Shown here: positions 63,504-64,000 of the stretch, piece by piece
Layout of the letters: each line of letters starts with the position of its first letter
How positions within the stretch are numbered: position 1 is the stretch's first letter
Assembly: GCA_003353795.1 (NCBI GenBank)
Contig: PIVY01000002.1
Location: 12,552 to 76,551, forward strand
Reading direction: 5' to 3'
Length of the DNA: 64,000 nt
DNA from: a bacterium
Lineage (GTDB): Bacteria > Krumholzibacteriota > Krumholzibacteriia > LZORAL124-64-63
Notes under the pieces: generated by a model
Told to the model about the DNA's origin: nothing
The model's database searches: none
What the model saw: the letters and a program-made list of their open reading frames with translations, nothing else
Position numbers and translations under genes: made by a program

Positions 63504-64000
63504 GCCGCCGACCTCCGGGATTCGGTCGCCTCGACCGCCCGGGTGCGGTTCTCGACCAGCAGCCCGACCGCAATGCCCACCACGGCCGCCACGATCAACC
63601 CGAGGTTCCAGGGCAGTCCGCGCCCCACGAGCGCCACGGCGCCTGCGACACCGGCGGTCACCAGGCTGGCGCGGTCGCTGACCAGCGGCACCAGCAACGC
63701 CAGGAACGCCAGCGGCACCGAGAAATCCAGATGCCACGACGCCGGCACCAGCGAGCCCACCAGCACGCCGACCACGGTGCCGGTCTGCCAGGTCAGCCAC
63801 AGCGAGATCGCGGCGCCGAAGTAGTACCACGGCAATCCGGCCGCGTCGGGGCGGCGCCGTTGCCGGGCCACGGTGACGGCGAAGGCCTGGTCGGTGATCA
63901 GGTAGGCAAGCACCGCCTTGATGCGAAGGGGCAGGTGCGACAGCCAGGGCGCCAGCACGGCGCTGTACATGACGAAGCGCAGGTTGATCACCAGGATGGT
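63500..64000 (-). CDS. azlC: AzlC-family permease, 5' end beyond the window
   Basis: LRFVMYSAVLAPWL...AYLITDQAFAV... matches the AzlC C-terminal half. The frame continues to the window edge. Confidence 0.75.
   Translation of the reverse strand, partial: TILVINLRFVMYSAVLAPWLSHLPLRIKAVLAYLITDQAFAVTVARQRRRPDAAGLPWYYFGAAISLWLTWQTGTVVGVLVGSLVPASWHLDFSVPLAFLALLVPLVSDRASLVTAGVAGAVALVGRGLPWNLGLIVAAVVGIAVGLLVENRTRAVEATESRRSAA

Noticed and set aside
1-64000. Search for tRNA, rRNA, CRISPR arrays, IS elements, integrases, prophage or toxin-antitoxin modules
   Set aside because: None was recognised by eye. All intergenic gaps over 60 bp were read on both strands and contain only promoters, hairpins or the leader. 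This does not replace tRNAscan, Infernal or ISfinder runs.

Overview
Very GC-rich, gene-dense bacterial chromosomal segment. I call 54 protein genes, two of them cut by the window edges, plus one leader peptide. By eye there is no rRNA, tRNA, CRISPR array, transposase, integrase or phage gene. All family calls are motif recognition by eye; no search was run. GTG/TTG starts and 4-nt stop/start overlaps (ATGA/GTGA) are common, and the six-frame track is full of long Arg/Gly/Pro-rich shadow ORFs and false N-terminal extensions, which I trimmed. Frequent Tat signals, lipoboxes, TonB-system genes and OMP-type C-termini indicate a diderm. Four secreted proteins share an ~85-aa C-terminal PNPFNP...GVYFYRL module (T9SS/FlgD-Ig-like sorting domain), which suggests an FCB-superphylum-like lineage (inference only). 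Layout: 1-8.3 kb holds surface proteins, an ion permease paired with an unknown 204-aa protein, a GT4, MarC and an OM barrel. 8.3-28.4 kb holds mixed housekeeping and envelope genes (Cache-MCP, sfsA, lipA, proS, an arginine deiminase-family gene, FGE-like enzyme, GHL10-like hydrolases). 28.5-33.3 kb is a four-gene DUF362 / membrane polyferredoxin / Tat Fe-S aldo-keto reductase operon. 33.7-37.0 kb is a 1100-aa toroid + FG-GAP propeller + ASPIC surface protein. 37.1-41.6 kb is a translationally coupled sigma / zinc anti-sigma / membrane TPR-CHAT protease operon. 41.6-55.1 kb is the standout: an unannotated Trp leader peptide (..YWWSW..) with a 1:2/2:3/3:4 attenuator, followed by a spacer-free 13-gene unit trpEGDCFBA-aroF-aroA-aroE-aroKB-aroQ-aroC that encodes the whole route from PEP+E4P to tryptophan. 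55.5-61.8 kb is exbB-exbD-exbD-tonB, a TonB-dependent receptor carrying its own N-terminal TonB-C-like domain, and a lipoprotein. The window ends with a beta-propeller protein and azlCD.
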